Positions 24,496 to 37,416 of a stretch of DNA of 64,000 nt are shown in pieces. Position 1 is the first letter of the stretch. Each line of letters starts with the position of its first letter. Location: NCBI GenBank assembly GCA_030390025.1, contig CM059432.1:3286001-3350000 (forward strand). Reading direction: 5' to 3'. The notes beneath the pieces were generated by a model. The model ran no database searches, was not told the origin of the DNA, and saw nothing but the letters and a program-made list of their open reading frames with translations. Both the position numbers and the translations under genes were made by a program. Source of the DNA: Squalus acanthias (Eukaryota).

Positions 24496-25839
24496 TTCAT
24501 TCTTCAACAACATATACTTACATACCATTCCTCACGTAGAAACTCGTTTAAAAGAGTGCGTACAAGAAGGAGACACCAAACACGAGGTGGAGGGGAGGGG
24601 GGAGAAGAGAAAGATGGAAGAGGAGTAGACACGAAACAGTTAAAGAGATTTTTTTTCTCCAAAAAAGGAGGCTTTTGAAGAAGAGCTAACAAGGCACAGT
24701 GGGAAGAGAATGTTCCAGGTGGCAGGGGTACACAGTAGCTCAAGAATCGACCTCAAGTGGAGGGGTGGAGAACAAGCAGTAATCAGGAGAACAGAGATCG
24801 TAGAGCCGAGATATTTAAGCTGGAGAAAATTGCCACGTAGGATGGGGCGGTTTGAAAACGCAAGACAAATGTGTTTTTGAAAATGGGATTAAGATCTTTA
24901 AAAGGAAAAACATCTGAATCACTGGGAGACAGACAGCCAATAGCCCTGGGCAAGAGAAGTGATGGGTGTGCAGTACCTGGTGTGGGAGGGGATATGAGCC
25001 ACAATGATTTGGATAAGAACATAAGAATTAGGAGCAGGAGTCGGCCCTACGGCCCCTCGAGCCTGCTCCGCCATTCAATATCATGGCTGATCATCGACCT
25101 CAACTCCACTTTCCCGCCCGATCCCCATATCCCTCGATTCCCCTAGAGTCCAAATATCTGTCGATTTCAGCCTTAACGATTCAGCATCCACAGAGAATTC
25201 CAAAGATTCACCACCCTCTGAGTGAAGAAATTTCTCCTCATCTCCGTCCGAACTGGCCGACCCCTTATTCTAAGACTCTGCCCCCTAGTTCTAGACTCTC
25301 CAGCCAGGGGGAAACAGCCTCTCAGCATCTACCCTGTCAAGCCCTCTAAGAATTTTATACATTTCAATGAGATCACCTCTCATTCTTCCAAACTCCAGTA
25401 CAAAGAGGCTAGCATTAATAAGCTGATCGTCATGGTGATGGAGGTGTAGGTGAGTGTTTGAGGAGTGGAGCGACATTGTCTGCTATATTCTGGAGTTAGA
25501 AGGTGACGGTCTATTTTAATGTGGTGAGCGGGGGAGGTACAAAGCTCAGCTCAAGGTCATAAATAATCGATACTACGAACGATAAATATAAGAGAGTCAA
25601 TAAATATTCCAATAAGGAATTCAGGAGAAACTTCTTTACCCAGAGAGTGGTGAGAATGTGGAACTCGCTACCACAGGGAGTGGTTGAGGCGAATAGCGCA
25701 GATGCATTTAATGCTAGATAAATGGAATAGAAGGATAGGGCGAGATGAAGAGGGGTGGGAGGAGGCTCGTGTGGGGCATAAACACTAGCACGGAGCAGTT
25801 AGAACATAGAACCATACAGCACAGGAGGCCGCCATTCGT

Positions 25840-26050
25840 GCTCAGTCTCTCACTGCCCGCTCTTCTGTAATCATCTGGCAGTGTTCTCTGACTATATATG
25901 CTGTGCCTATATGCATCTCTTCACTTCACCTGACGAAGGAGCAGCGCTCCGAAAGCTTGTGATTTCAAATAAAGCTGTTGGACTATAACCTGGTGTTGTG
26001 CGACTTCTCACATTTGTCCACCCCAGTCCAACACCGGCATCTCCACATCA
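25840..26050 (+). mobile_element. Penelope-like terminus (family A), single copy, with a hammerhead motif at 25926-25962
   Basis: Near-identical to the right arm and tail of the 14253-14524 element; contains TCACCTGACGAAGGAGCAGCGCTCCGAAAGCTTGTGA. Confidence 0.75.
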
Positions 26051-27837
26051 CAACACAAGGAGTCACGGCAGGGGCAAGTTAGTGTAAGTATTTAGTTTAT
26101 TGGTTAGTGTTTTCAGTGGCTAGAGTTGATTTTTTAAATAGTGCTTCGAGTTTTTAATAACCGTTCGAGGTTTTTTTTAAACAGTTGAGTTTTTTTTATA
26201 TAAATGGTTGGTGTTTAGTGTTCGCTAAACAGTTAAATCGGCTAAAAGCTAAACAAAGAGCTTGTAATAACTGTTCGTGGACATGGCAGGACAGCTGGAG
26301 CCCGTCCCCTGCACATCCTGTGCGATGTGGGAACTCCAGCACTTTGTGTGCCCTGGAAAACCAGATATGGAGGATGTTTGCTGCCAACTGTTCCGAGCTC
26401 AAGGGGCGGCTGGAGTCACTGCAGCGCTTACGGGAAGCTGAGAGATTTGCGGAGAGCACATTTCAAAAAGAGATAATCACCCCCGCAGCTACAGAGAGTT
26501 CACGGGAGAAGAGGGAGTGGGTGACCACCGGCCAGCCAGCCCAGGAGCAACAGGCAGGAATCCCCTGGGAGTGTGGCACTCGCATTCAGTGCTGAAGACG
26601 GGAGCGAGGGTGACAGAAATCACAGAAATTTCCACAATTCTGTGACGACGCCTCGGGCGGAGTGCAGTCAGGAGCAAATCCATGGCACCGAGAGAGACTC
26701 GGCTACACAAGGGGGCCGCAAGAAAGTGTAGAAATGCAGTTGTTATAGGGGATTCGATAGTCAGGGTGTTAGGACAGACGTTTCTGCAAGCACAGACACG
26801 AGTCCCGAATGGTGTGTTGCCTCCCTGGTGCCAGGGTGAAGGATATCACTGAACGGGTGCAGGACATTCTGCGAGGGGAAGGGGAACAGCCAAAAATCGT
26901 GGTCCATGTTGGAACCAATGACATAGGTAGTGACATGAATCATAGAAACATAGAAGATAGGAGCAGGAGTAGGCCATTCGGCTGATCATCCAAACTCAGT
27001 ACCCTGTACCTGCCTTCTCCCCATATCCCTTGATACCTTTAGCTTTAAGAAATATATCCAACTCCTTCTTGAATATATTTAATGAATTGGCCTCAACTGC
27101 CTTCTGTGGTAGAGAATTCCACAGGTTCACCACTCTCTGGGTGAAGAAATTCTTCCTTATTTCTGTCCTAAATGGCTTACCCCTTATCCTTAGATTATGA
27201 CCCCTGGTTCTGGACTCTCCGACCATCGGGAACATTTTTCCTGCATCTAGTTTGTCCAGACCTGTCAGAATTTTATATGGAATTTCATGTGGAAATGACT
27301 TATGAAATAATACTGGGCGGCCTGCTGGTGGCGCTGTCCAGGGAGAGTATAAATACATGGGCCCAGCTTGCTCAGGACATTCTTTAACAGGAACTAATGA
27401 AGGACACAACTAGATCTCCATGTTGAGAGAGAGTTGATTAAAGCTTTGTTTAATACTCAGACCAAGTGCCTAGTAGTTTTCTTACGTCAGGTAGGTTAAT
27501 GGTTGAGGTCCTACAGGCAGCGTTTCTAAATTTAAAAAAAATTAAAACAGGACCTCAAAAGGTGATAATCTCTTGATTACTCCAGGTGCCACGTGCTAGT
27601 GAGTACAGAAACAGGAAGATAGTGGAGGTGAATGCGTGGCTGGAGAAGTGGTGCAGGGAGGGAGGGCTTCAGATTGCTGGCGCTTTGGGACCAGTTCCGG
27701 GGCAGGCGGGACCTGCACAAGCCGCACCTGAACAGGGCTGGGACCAATGTCCTCATGGGGAGGTTAACGAGTGCTGTGGGGGGAGGGTTTAAGCTAATTT
27801 GGCCAGGGGGAAGGGCACCAGGATGTAGCAGCAGAGA

Positions 27838-28700
27838 GGAACATAGGAACAGGAGGAGGAGGCCATCCAGCCTCTCGAGCCTCTTCCGCCATTCAATGAG
27901 ATCATGGCTGATCTGCGACCTAACTCCATATACCCACCTTTGGTCCATATCCCTTCATACCTTTGGTTAACAAAAATCTATCAATCTCAGATTTAAAATT
28001 AACAATTGATCTAGCATCAATTGCCGTTTGCGGAAGAGAGTTCCAAACTTCTACCACCCTTTGTGTGTAGAAGTGTTTCCTAATTTCACTCCTGAAAGGT
28101 CTGGCTCTAATTTTTAGACTCTGCCCCCTAGTCCTAGACTCCCCAACCAGTGGAAATAGTTTCTCTCTGTCGACCCAATCTGTTCCCCTTAATATCTTGA
28201 AAACTTCCATCAGATCACCCCTTAACCTTCTAAATTCTAGGGAATACAACCCTAGTTTGTGTAATCTCTCCTCGTAATTTAACCCTTGAAGTCCGGGTAT
28301 CATTCTGGTAAACCTGCGCTGCACTCCCTCCAAGGCCAATATATCCTTCCTAAGGTGTGGTGCCCAGAACTGCTCACAGTGCTCCAGGTGTGGTCTAACC
28401 AGGGTTTTGTACAGCTGCAGCATAACTTCTGCCCCCTTGTATTCTAGTCCTCTCGATATAAAGGCCAGCATTCCATTAGCCTTTCTGATTATTTTCTGTA
28501 CCTGTTCATGACATTTTAATGATCTATGTACCTGGACCCCGAAGTCTCTTTGGACCTCCACTGTTTTTAGCTTTTCACCATTTAGAAAATACCCTGTTCT
28601 ATCCTTTTTAGGCTCAAAGTGGATCACTTTGCAATTGCCTACACTGACATCCATTTGCCACAGCTTTGCCCATTCACTTAACCTATCAATGTCTAGGTGC
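27838..28700 (-). mobile_element. CR1 LINE 3' fragment (RT C-terminus plus 3'UTR), nested in the larger CR1
   Basis: ORF 27920-28702: ..LYKTLVRPHLEHCEQFWAPHLRKDILALEGVQRRFTRMIP..RLRGDL..FYTQRVVEVWNSLP. Confidence 0.9.
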
Positions 28701-29196
28701 ATAGAAAACTAGGAGGGACAAACAGCAACAGAACAAATGATAGCGCAGAAAGAACAGGAATTAGATGGAGGGGAAAAAGCGAAGCTGACTAAAGCCTGGT
28801 GTTGGAAGGCAGGCGTGTCAATGCGAGGGAGTGCTACAATGTTCCCTTTAAGCTGCGCGGCCGCACAGCGATCTGCAGCTCCCGCGCAGCCGGCTCACGC
28901 ACGCGCGGTAATTTGAATGGACCATCCAGCCCCTTAAAGGGGCCCTGCACCCAAAGAATTAGCGGGAACATTAGTTCCAAATAAGGTTGAGGAGCTGCAG
29001 ATGCAAATTGTCACATAGGATATGATATAGTGGCTGTAAGGGAGACCTGGCTTAAACATGGGCAGGAATGGGAACTAAACATTCCTGGCTACGATATATT
29101 CAGGAGGGATAGGGAAGGAAAAAAGACAGGAGGGGGGTTAGCAGTATCGATCAAGGATAATTTTCCAGTTCTACAGAGGGACGATATACTAAGGAT

Positions 29197-29695
29197 GTGA
29201 AGGCCTTAGAGAGGGTGCAGAAAAGATTTACGAGAATGATTCCAGGGATGAGGGACTTCAGTTACGTGGATAGACTGGAGAAGCTGGGATTGTTCTCCTT
29301 GGAGCAGAGAAGGTTGAGAGGAGATTTGATCGAGGTGTTCAAAATCATGAGGGGTCTGGACAGAGCAGATAGAGAGAAACTGTTTCCCATTGGCGGAAGG
29401 GTCGAGAAACAGAGGACACAGATTTAAGGTGATTGGCAGAAGAACCAAAGGCGACATGAGGAAAAACTTTTTTACGCAGCGAGTGGTTAGGATCTGGAAT
29501 GCACTGCCTGAAAGGGTGGTGGAGACAAACTCAATCACGGCTTTCAAAGGGAATTGGATAAGTACCTGAAAGATAAAAATTTGCAGGGCTACGGGGAAAG
29601 GGCGGGGGAGTGGGACTAGCTGAAGTGCTCTTGCAGAGAGCCGGCACGGGCTCGACGGGCCGAATGGCCTCCTTCTGTGCTGTAGCCATTCTATG
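29197..29695 (+). mobile_element. CR1 3' fragment nested in the larger CR1 endonuclease region
   Basis: ORF 29197-29427 KALERVQKRFTRMIPG..RLRGDLIEVFKIM, followed by a CR1 3'UTR. Confidence 0.85.
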
Positions 29696-31144
29696 ATACT
29701 CAAGGGCTCAAAAACTAAATCCATTTGGTTCGAGTTAAGGAACAGAAAAGGAGCTGTTACACTGCTGGGTGTTTACTATAGACCCCTAAATAGTGAGAAG
29801 GAGATAGAGGAGCAATTCTGTCGGCAAATTTCAGAGAAATGTAAAAATAATAGAGCAGTAATGGTAGGGGATATAGACCGGGGTGTTGGGCCGGGGGGGG
29901 GGGGAGAGAGACAGAGTTAAGGGCAAGGAGGGTGAAGAATTCCTAAAATGTGTACAGGAGAACTTTCTTAATCAGTATGTTTCTAGCCCAACGAGGAAGG
30001 AAGCAGTGCTGGATCTAGTGCTGGGGAATGAAGTAGGGCAAATGGAGTGTGTTGCAATGGGCAATAGTGATCATAATATAATTAGGTTTCAAGTAGTTAT
30101 GGAAAGGGACGAAGAAGGGACAAAGAAAAATCAACAGTGAAAATCCCCAACTGGGAGAGAGCCAATTTCAGTGATTTGAGAAGGGATCTAGCACAGGAGG
30201 ACTGGAAACAAAGACTAGCCAGGAAAACAGTAAATGAGCAATGGCAGGCCTTCAAGGCAGAGATAGTTCGGGTACAAACCAAGCACATTCCCATAAGGAG
30301 GAAAGATGGGGTATCAATGCTAGAACTCCCCGGATGACAAAGGAAATAGAGATTACAATAAAACAGAAAAAAGGAGGTTTACAACAAATGTCAGGTACAG
30401 AATACAATCGAAAACCATGCTGAATACAGAGAGTGCCGGGGGAAATTGAAAAAGAATACAAAGAGAATATGAGAAAAGATTGGCGGGTAACATAAGGGAA
30501 CCCAAAAATGTTTTTATAAACCTAAATGGTGGGGCCGATTAGGGACAAAAAAATAAATCTTCTTGGAGACAGAGGCTATGACTGAGGTACTGAATAAGTA
30601 CTTTGCATCTGTCTTCACCGAAGAAATGGATGAAGTTAATGTCGGAGTAGAGATGAGGAAAGTAGATTTATCGGATAGGATAAAAATAGATAGAAAGGAG
30701 GTGCTAAATAGGTTGGCATCACTCAAAGTTAACAAGTCACCTGGTCCAGATGGGATGCATCCTAGGTGGCTGAGGGAAGTAAAAGGTGGAGATACCAGAA
30801 GCACGGACCACAATCTCCTTGGATATGGAAGTGGTGCTAGAGGACTGGAGGGCTGCCAATATTACACCCCTATTTGAAAAAGGGGAGAGGAATAAACCTG
30901 GTAAACTACAGGCCAATCTGTCTAACGTCAGTGGTGGGAAAACTACTAGAGACCATTGTCAAGGACAAAATTAATTCTCACTTGGAGAAGCATGGGTTAA
31001 TAAGAGACAGCCAGCACGGATCGAAGTATTCACAATCACGAGGGGTTTTAATAGACCAAGTAGGAAGAAACTGTTTCCTCTGACAAGTGGGTGGGTAACC
31101 AGAGGTCACAGATTTAAAATAATTGGCAAATGAACTAGAGGGGA

Positions 31145-32122
31145 AGTGCCTGGTTCCCTCAACCACTTCGCTCAACCTTCTCTCGACCCCTCCACGGTCT
31201 CTAAATTGTCAAGGCTGCTTGTCCGACATCCAGTTCTGGAAGAGCAGAAATTTTCTCCAATTAAATATTGGGAAGACCGAAGTCATTGTTCTCGGTCCCC
31301 GCCACAAACTCCGTTCCCTAGCCACTGACTCCATCCCTCTCCCTAACATCTGTCTGAGGCTGAACTACACTGTTCGCAACCTTGGTGTCATATTGGACCC
31401 TGAAATGAGCTTCCGACCACATATCCGCGCCATAACCAAGACCGCCTATTTCCACCTCCGTAACATCGCCCGTCTCTGCCCCTGCCTCAGCTCATCCGCT
31501 GGTGAAACCCTCATCCATGCCTTTGTTACCTCTAGACTTGACTATTCCAATGCACTCCTGGCTGGCCTCCCACATTCCACCCTACGTAAACTTGAGGTCA
31601 TCCAAAACTCGGCTGCCCGTGTTCTAACTCGCACCAAGTCCCGTTCGCCCATCACCCCTGTGCTCGCTGACCTACATTGGCTCCCGGTTAAGCAAACCTC
31701 AATTTCAAAATTCTCATCCTTGTTGTCAAATCCCTCCATGGCCTTGCCCCTCCCTATCTCTGTAAATCTCCTTCAGCCCCACAAACCGCCCCCCCACAAA
31801 AGAGATATCTGCGCTCCTCTAATTCTGCCCTCTTGAGCGTCCCTGATTATAATCGCTCCACCATTGGTTGCCGTGCCTTCTGTTGCCTGAGCCCTAAGCT
31901 CTGGAATTCCCTCCCTAAACCTCTCCGCCTCGCTACCTCTCTCTCCTCCGTTATGACCATCCTTAAAACCGACCTCTTTGACCAAGCTTTTGGTCACCTG
32001 CCCTAATTTCTCCTTATGTGGATCGGTGTCAAATTTGTGTGTCTTCTAATACTCCTGTGAAGAGCCTTGGGACGTTTTACTACGTTAAAGGCGCTATATC
32101 AATACAAGTTGTTGTTGTTGTT
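31145..32122 (+). mobile_element. L2-clade LINE 3' fragment
   Basis: ORF 31123-31836 LQLNIGKTE..VRNLGVILD..LIHAFVTSRLDYSNALLAGLP..QNSAARVL..LHWLPV; ends in AAGGCGCTATATCAATACAAGTTGTTGTTG. Confidence 0.9.
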
Positions 32123-32871
32123 GTGGAGAAATTTCTCCAGATGTTAAGATCTGGAACGCACGACCTGAAAGGGTGGTGGAATCAGATTCCATAGGAACTT
32201 ACAAGAGGCAACTAGACATGTACTTGAAGAGGACTAATTTACAGGGTTTATGGGCAATGTTCCCTCTAAATTTTTTGGGCGCGCGGCCCATTCAAATTTC
32301 CCCGCACGCGTGGTTTTTCCATTGAGCCGGCTGCGCGGGACCTCCAGACCAGTGCCCGGCCGCGCAACTTAAAGGGAAGATTAGTTATGGGGGAAAAAGC
32401 TGGGGTGAGGCACTAAACTGGACAGCTCCTTGAAAGAGCCGGCACAGGCACGATGGGCCGAATGGCCTCGACGATTTATTTAAGAATCATTCCAGCGCCG
32501 CTGCTCATGTTTTCCTCTAACCCTGTTCATACCAAACAAACACAATTCTGCACAAATATGGCCAAGGTTATGGAACAAGTTTCTAGTCATAACAATGAAC
32601 CCCAGATACTGAAAAAAGTTACTAAAACAAAAACACGATACTGCGGATGCTGGAATTCTAAAATTAAAACATAAACTGCTGGAAACACTCAGTCACAACT
32701 TTTATTGATATAACGCCTTTAATGTAGTAAAATGCTTCACAGGAGCGATTATCAAACAAAATTTGACACCGAGCCACACAAGGAGATATTAGGACAGGCT
32801 TGGTCAAAGAGGGAGGTTTTAAGGAGCGTCTTAAGGAGGAGGTCAGGCAGTAACTGTAGAGAGAGTAACAG

Positions 32872-32908
32872 AGTTAACGTTTCAGGTCGATTAACTTTCA
32901 TCAGAACT
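32872..32908 (-). ncRNA. Hammerhead motif (family B, stem II mismatch)
   Basis: Minus strand AGTT-CTGATGA-A-AGTTAATCGACCT-GAAA-CG-TT-AACT. Confidence 0.6.
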
Positions 32909-34723
32909 GGAAGTTAGAGGGTTTTTTTTAAGCAAGTAGAGGGGCTGGGAAATGGGGGAGGGGAGGGCAGAACAAAAGGGAAGGTCTGTGATAGGGTGGA
33001 AGGCAGGAGAGATTAAGAGACAAAAGGGATGATGGTGCAAGGACAAAAGGGGGTGGCAATGAGACAAGAAATAAAAAATGGGTCCAGAGGACTTGCATAG
33101 AATTACATAGGATACACGGCACAGAAACAGGCCATTCGGCACAACCAGTCCATGCCGGCGTTTATGCTCCACTCGAGCCTCCTCCCGTCTTTCCTCATCT
33201 AAATCTATCAGCGTAACCCTCGATTCCCTTCTCCCCCATGTGCTTGTCCAGCCTCCCCTTAAATGCATCTATACTATTCACTGCAACCACTCCCTGTGGT
33301 AGCGAGTTCCACATTCTCACCACTCTCTGGGTAAAGAAGTTTCTTCTGAATTCCCTATTGGATTTCTTGGTGACTATCTTATATTAATGGCCTCTAGTTT
33401 TGCTCTTCCCCTCAAGTGGAAACACTCCGTGTTTACTCTATCAAAACCGTTCATAATTTTAAAGACCTCTATTAGGTCACCCCTCAGCCTTCTCTTTTCA
33501 AGAGTAATAAAAGAGACTCGTTAAATCTCAAACTTCTTCCAGTCCCGACGAGAGGCCGTCAACCCGAACCTCTGATTCTCTCCCCACAGATGTTGCCTGA
33601 CCCGCTGAGTGTTTCCAGCATTTTCTGTTTTTGTTACAGAAAGTTACAGTTGCTTTGCTTCATACAAAATCCATCATGAATCATCTCCCAGCCCAAAAAT
33701 GGGTTGTTCTGCTCGAGGTGGAAAATGACAAGGACCGCTGGAATTTTCTTGTGTAAAAGGTATCAAGGGCTATTGAGGAAAGGCAGGTAAATGGAGTTGA
33801 GGTTCAGATCTCTGGAATATAGGAGTTTTAAGGGGTGATTTGATTGAGGCTTTCAGGATTTTGAAAGGGATCAATAGGGGAGAAAGCGAGAGAAACTTTT
33901 TTCCGCTGGTGGGGGAGTCATAGAGGCATAACGACATAGAAGGAGGCCATTCGGCCCATCGAGTCCGTGCCGGCTCTCTGCAGAGCAATCCAGTCAGTCC
34001 CATTCCCCCGCTTTATCCCCGTAGCCCTGAAAGTTTATTTCCCTCAAGTGCCTCTCCAGTCTCCCCTTGAAAACATCGAGTGTCTCCACTTCCACCACTT
34101 CCGTCGGCAGCGAGTTCCAGGTCATCACCACTCGCTGCGTAAAAAAGTTTTTCCTCACATCCCCCCCTGTATCTCTTCTAGGACAAGGGGACAGAACCTT
34201 AAAATCAGAGCTAGGCTATTCAGGAGTGAAGTTAGGAAACACTTCTTCACACAAAGGGTGGTAGAAGTGTGGAACTCTCTCCCACAGAAAGGCAGTAGAT
34301 GCTGGGGCTCAACTAATAATTTTTTTTATTCATTCCCGGGATGTGGGCATCGCTGCCAAGACCGGCATTCATTGCCCATCCCCAACTGCCCTCGGAGGCT
34401 GATAATTTTTTTTTGCTAGACAAGGTTATAAAAGGCGATGGAGGCAAGGCGGGTAGATTGAGTTAAGATACAGATCAGCCATGATCTCACTGAATGGCGA
34501 GAACAGGCTCGAGGGGCTGAATAGGCCTCCTCCTCCTGGTTCCTATGAGCCACGGGCTGATAGAATGTGACGGAACAGGTTGGAGGGGCTGAAAGGCTTG
34601 GAGGCCAAGGACAGGAGGTACACAGCGCCATTACAAAGGGCAATGTTGGGGCATTGAAGCTGGAAGACATGCGGAGAGTCCATGAACGCGACACTGTTAG
34701 CGCTAAGTGTTATCACGCGGTAC

Positions 34724-34953
34724 CTTCTGTCCACTGTGCTTGATATTACTTTCATGTCTCACGGTCAGCTTGACAACAGCCTGCCATTGTTCCTGGGTTT
34801 GGGTTTCACGGGCCGTTATCACAAACTTCAACTGTTTCCCGGGGAGGTGAAAGCTTTCTGCCGCGTACACCACACCGTCACGCTGGACCCTGAAATTCGG
34901 GTTGCTCGTTTCGTACTGCACCGCCACGCTTCCATAGCAGTCGTTAAAGCCCA
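34724..34953 (-). CDS. cdh2: N-cadherin (cdh2/cdh2-like) coding exon, exon 3 equivalent, prodomain
   Basis: Encodes (V)GFNDCYGSVAVQYETSNPNFRVQRDGVVYAAESFHLPGKQLKFVITARETQTQEQWQAVVKLTVRHESNIKHSGQK, resembling the CDH2 prodomain. Acceptor ttttccAG|TG, donor AAG|GTAccg. 230 bp, phase 1 to 0. Confidence 0.85.
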
Positions 34954-37270
34954 CTGGAAAAGAAAACAGTGCAACATCTTTAGTTCCCGTGGCATTCAGA
35001 CAGGCCTTCAAAAACCTGCACAAAAAACGTTTGCTGGGCTAGAGGGGAAAGAGCAGCGGGACTCTTTGGAGAGCTCTTTCACAAAGAGCTGGCACGGGCA
35101 CGATGGGCCGAGTGGCCTCCTCCTGCGTTGCATCACACTACGATATTACATGAACATGCGCCCGCCCCCCCACCAACGTTCCCTCTAACCCGCACAGCCC
35201 CGGGACTGGCTTTTCAAATGTGAAATTTCGCGCACATGCGAGACTTTGTATCGGCCGCGCAGCCCGTTAAAGGGACCGCGCTCCCCGGAAAAAAAAAGTT
35301 AATTAGGGGGAAGCATTGGTCCCCACTAACTTAAAAATGCTCACGTTTAAATCAGGCACTCGCTTAAATCGGCCAAAAAAACCCACTAATTATCATACAT
35401 TAAAGTTAATTTCAAAGTTGCTGCTTACAGCGGGTCATTCACTCTGTACTCTGGGCAACATCACGTGTTACTATTGTCATAGAATCTCTCAGCACAGGAG
35501 GAGGCCATTCGGCCCATCGTGCCTGTGCCGGCTCTTTGAAAGAGCTCTCCAATTAGTCCCACTCCCCCTTGCTCTTTCCCCACAGTCCAGCAAATTTCTC
35601 CTTTTCAAGTATTTATCCAATTCCCCTTTTGAAAGTTACTGTTGAATCTGCTTCCACCGCCCTTTCAGGCAGTGCGTTCTCATTTTTTATATCAGATTTC
35701 AGTCGTCGTCCCCACACCCCGCCCCTTTAATGCAGGACAATAGGTTGATTATGGGATAGGCTGTGAGCAACAGATTTCGTAGAGTTTGGAGTGCGTGTCG
35801 GGTACAGCATGGGATCCTTGTGAGGAATGTTGAGCGAGCGAAGCTTTGGAGAAAATCCAGCCTGGAGGAGATAACAAAAAAGGTACGCATAATTCGGTGG
35901 CAGTGACAGCGAGGTACAGGTGGGGTCGTGCCCCGTCTGCTCTCTCAGGTCGATGCAAAAGATCCCACGGCACTATTTCGAAGAAGAGCAGGGGAGTTAT
36001 CCCCGGTGTCCTGGGGCCGATATTTATCCCTCAACCAACATCACTAAAACAGATTATCTGGTCATCACATTGCTGTTTGTGGGAGCTTGCTGTGCGCATA
36101 TTGGCTGCCGCGTTTCCTACATTAAAACAGAACCCAATTCAAAAGTACTTCATTGGCTGTAAAGCGCTTTGAGACATCCTGAGGTCGTGAAAGGCGCGAT
36201 AGAAATGCAAGTCTTTCTTTTTCTATTTTTAACACCAAGATTCCTTAAGGTGCGTCAGTGTCAGCCGCAGGCTCAGTGGGCAGCACCCTCGCCTCAGGTC
36301 AGAAGGTTGTGGGTTCGAGTCCCACTCGAGTGTGAGTTGAGTGCGTAATCTAAGCGGACACTCCAGTGCAGCACTGAGGGTGTGCTGCACTGTCAGAGGT
36401 GCCGTCTTTAGGTATGCTGATAGGGTGAGATGAACGATGGTCGGAGGTCGGCTCGTGTGGAGCATAAACACCGACATGGACCTGTTGGGCCGAATGGCTG
36501 GTTTCTGTGCTGTAAATAGTATGTAAGATGTTTTTTGAAAGAGAGATCTGTATCCGTGGCACCGTGACGGTTCTAGGTTCAGACCTATGCAGGATCCCAA
36601 GATAAAAGGTTGTCAAACTGCACCCTGCCTCGCTTGTAAAGCTAAACCAACAGTAGGAACGTGACCAACTGGATGATGCTCTTCCACTTCCCAAAACACC
36701 GATTAAAATGACGATGTTCTCCTTGCTAACTTAACCTTCAATTTAGGAATGAATAACTCAACACGCGTTCCTCCATCAAAAACAAACCAGGGATCCTCAG
36801 AGACATCGAGTGCCGACACAATGGGTGGAACGTGAAAGTGTTGACCCTCATACTACGGTACACGAAGAGATGGTCAAGTGAAATAATCCGCCCCAATTAC
36901 CTCCCTGGGGTTTCTGAAGGTTATGACTCCTTGCTCCAGCAATTCTGGCCTCTTGCGCATCGGATTTCCATCGCTCCACCATTGGCGGCCGTGCCTTCAG
37001 CTGTCCAGTTACCAAGCTCTGGAATTCCCTCCCTAAACCTCTCCTCCTCGCAACCTCTCTCTCCTCCTTTAAGACGCTCCTTAAAGCGTCTGCCTCTTTC
37101 ACCAAGCTTTCGGTCACCTGTCCGGATATCTCCTTATGCGGCTCAGTGTCAAATCTTGCTTGCTTAACTCTCCTGTGAAGCGCCTTGGGACGTTTTACTA
37201 CGTTAAAGGCGCTGTATAAATACAAGTCGTTATTGTTGCTGGGATATGATCCCATCAACATCAAACGTCG

Positions 37271-37416
37271 CCAATGTTCCCTTGGATTTTCCTTTTGGGT
37301 GCGCGGCCCATTCAAATTCCAGCGCAAGCGCGGTTATTCCTATTGTAAAGCCGGTAAGCAGCCTGTGCGGGAGCTCCAGACAGCTGTGCGGCCGAGCAGC
37401 TTAACGGGAACATTGG
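37271..37416. mobile_element. Short MITE family with CAATGTTCCC/GGGAACATTG TIRs (probably hAT-mobilised)
   Basis: Perfect 11-bp TIR in this copy. Related copies at 28837-28973, about 32255-32383, 35173-35318, 48830-48945, 55141-55289, 55486-55554 and 63518-63650. Some have 8-bp-like duplications (TTATGGG, GTGGGAGG). Confidence 0.75.

Larger units (their letters stand above)
26060..31020 (+). mobile_element. Decayed, nearly complete 5' portion of a CR1 LINE (ORF1 with esterase domain, APE endonuclease, start of RT), interrupted by nested insertions
   Basis: ORF1 esterase motifs VVIGDSI.., VCCLPGARVKDITERVQDILRGEGEQPKIVVHVGTNDIG (about 26735-26930). APE motifs ETWL..ELNIPGYDIFRRDR..GG (about 29040), GVYYRP, LDLVL, SDHNII. 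RT-region motifs LNKYFASVF, KSPGPDGMHP, NYRPICLTSVVGKLLE. Confidence 0.85.

Noticed and set aside
6180..34953. R-cadherin (cdh4) or E-cadherin identity
   Set aside because: Most diagnostic EC1/EC2 residues match CDH2 better; a cdh2-like paralogue is not excluded.
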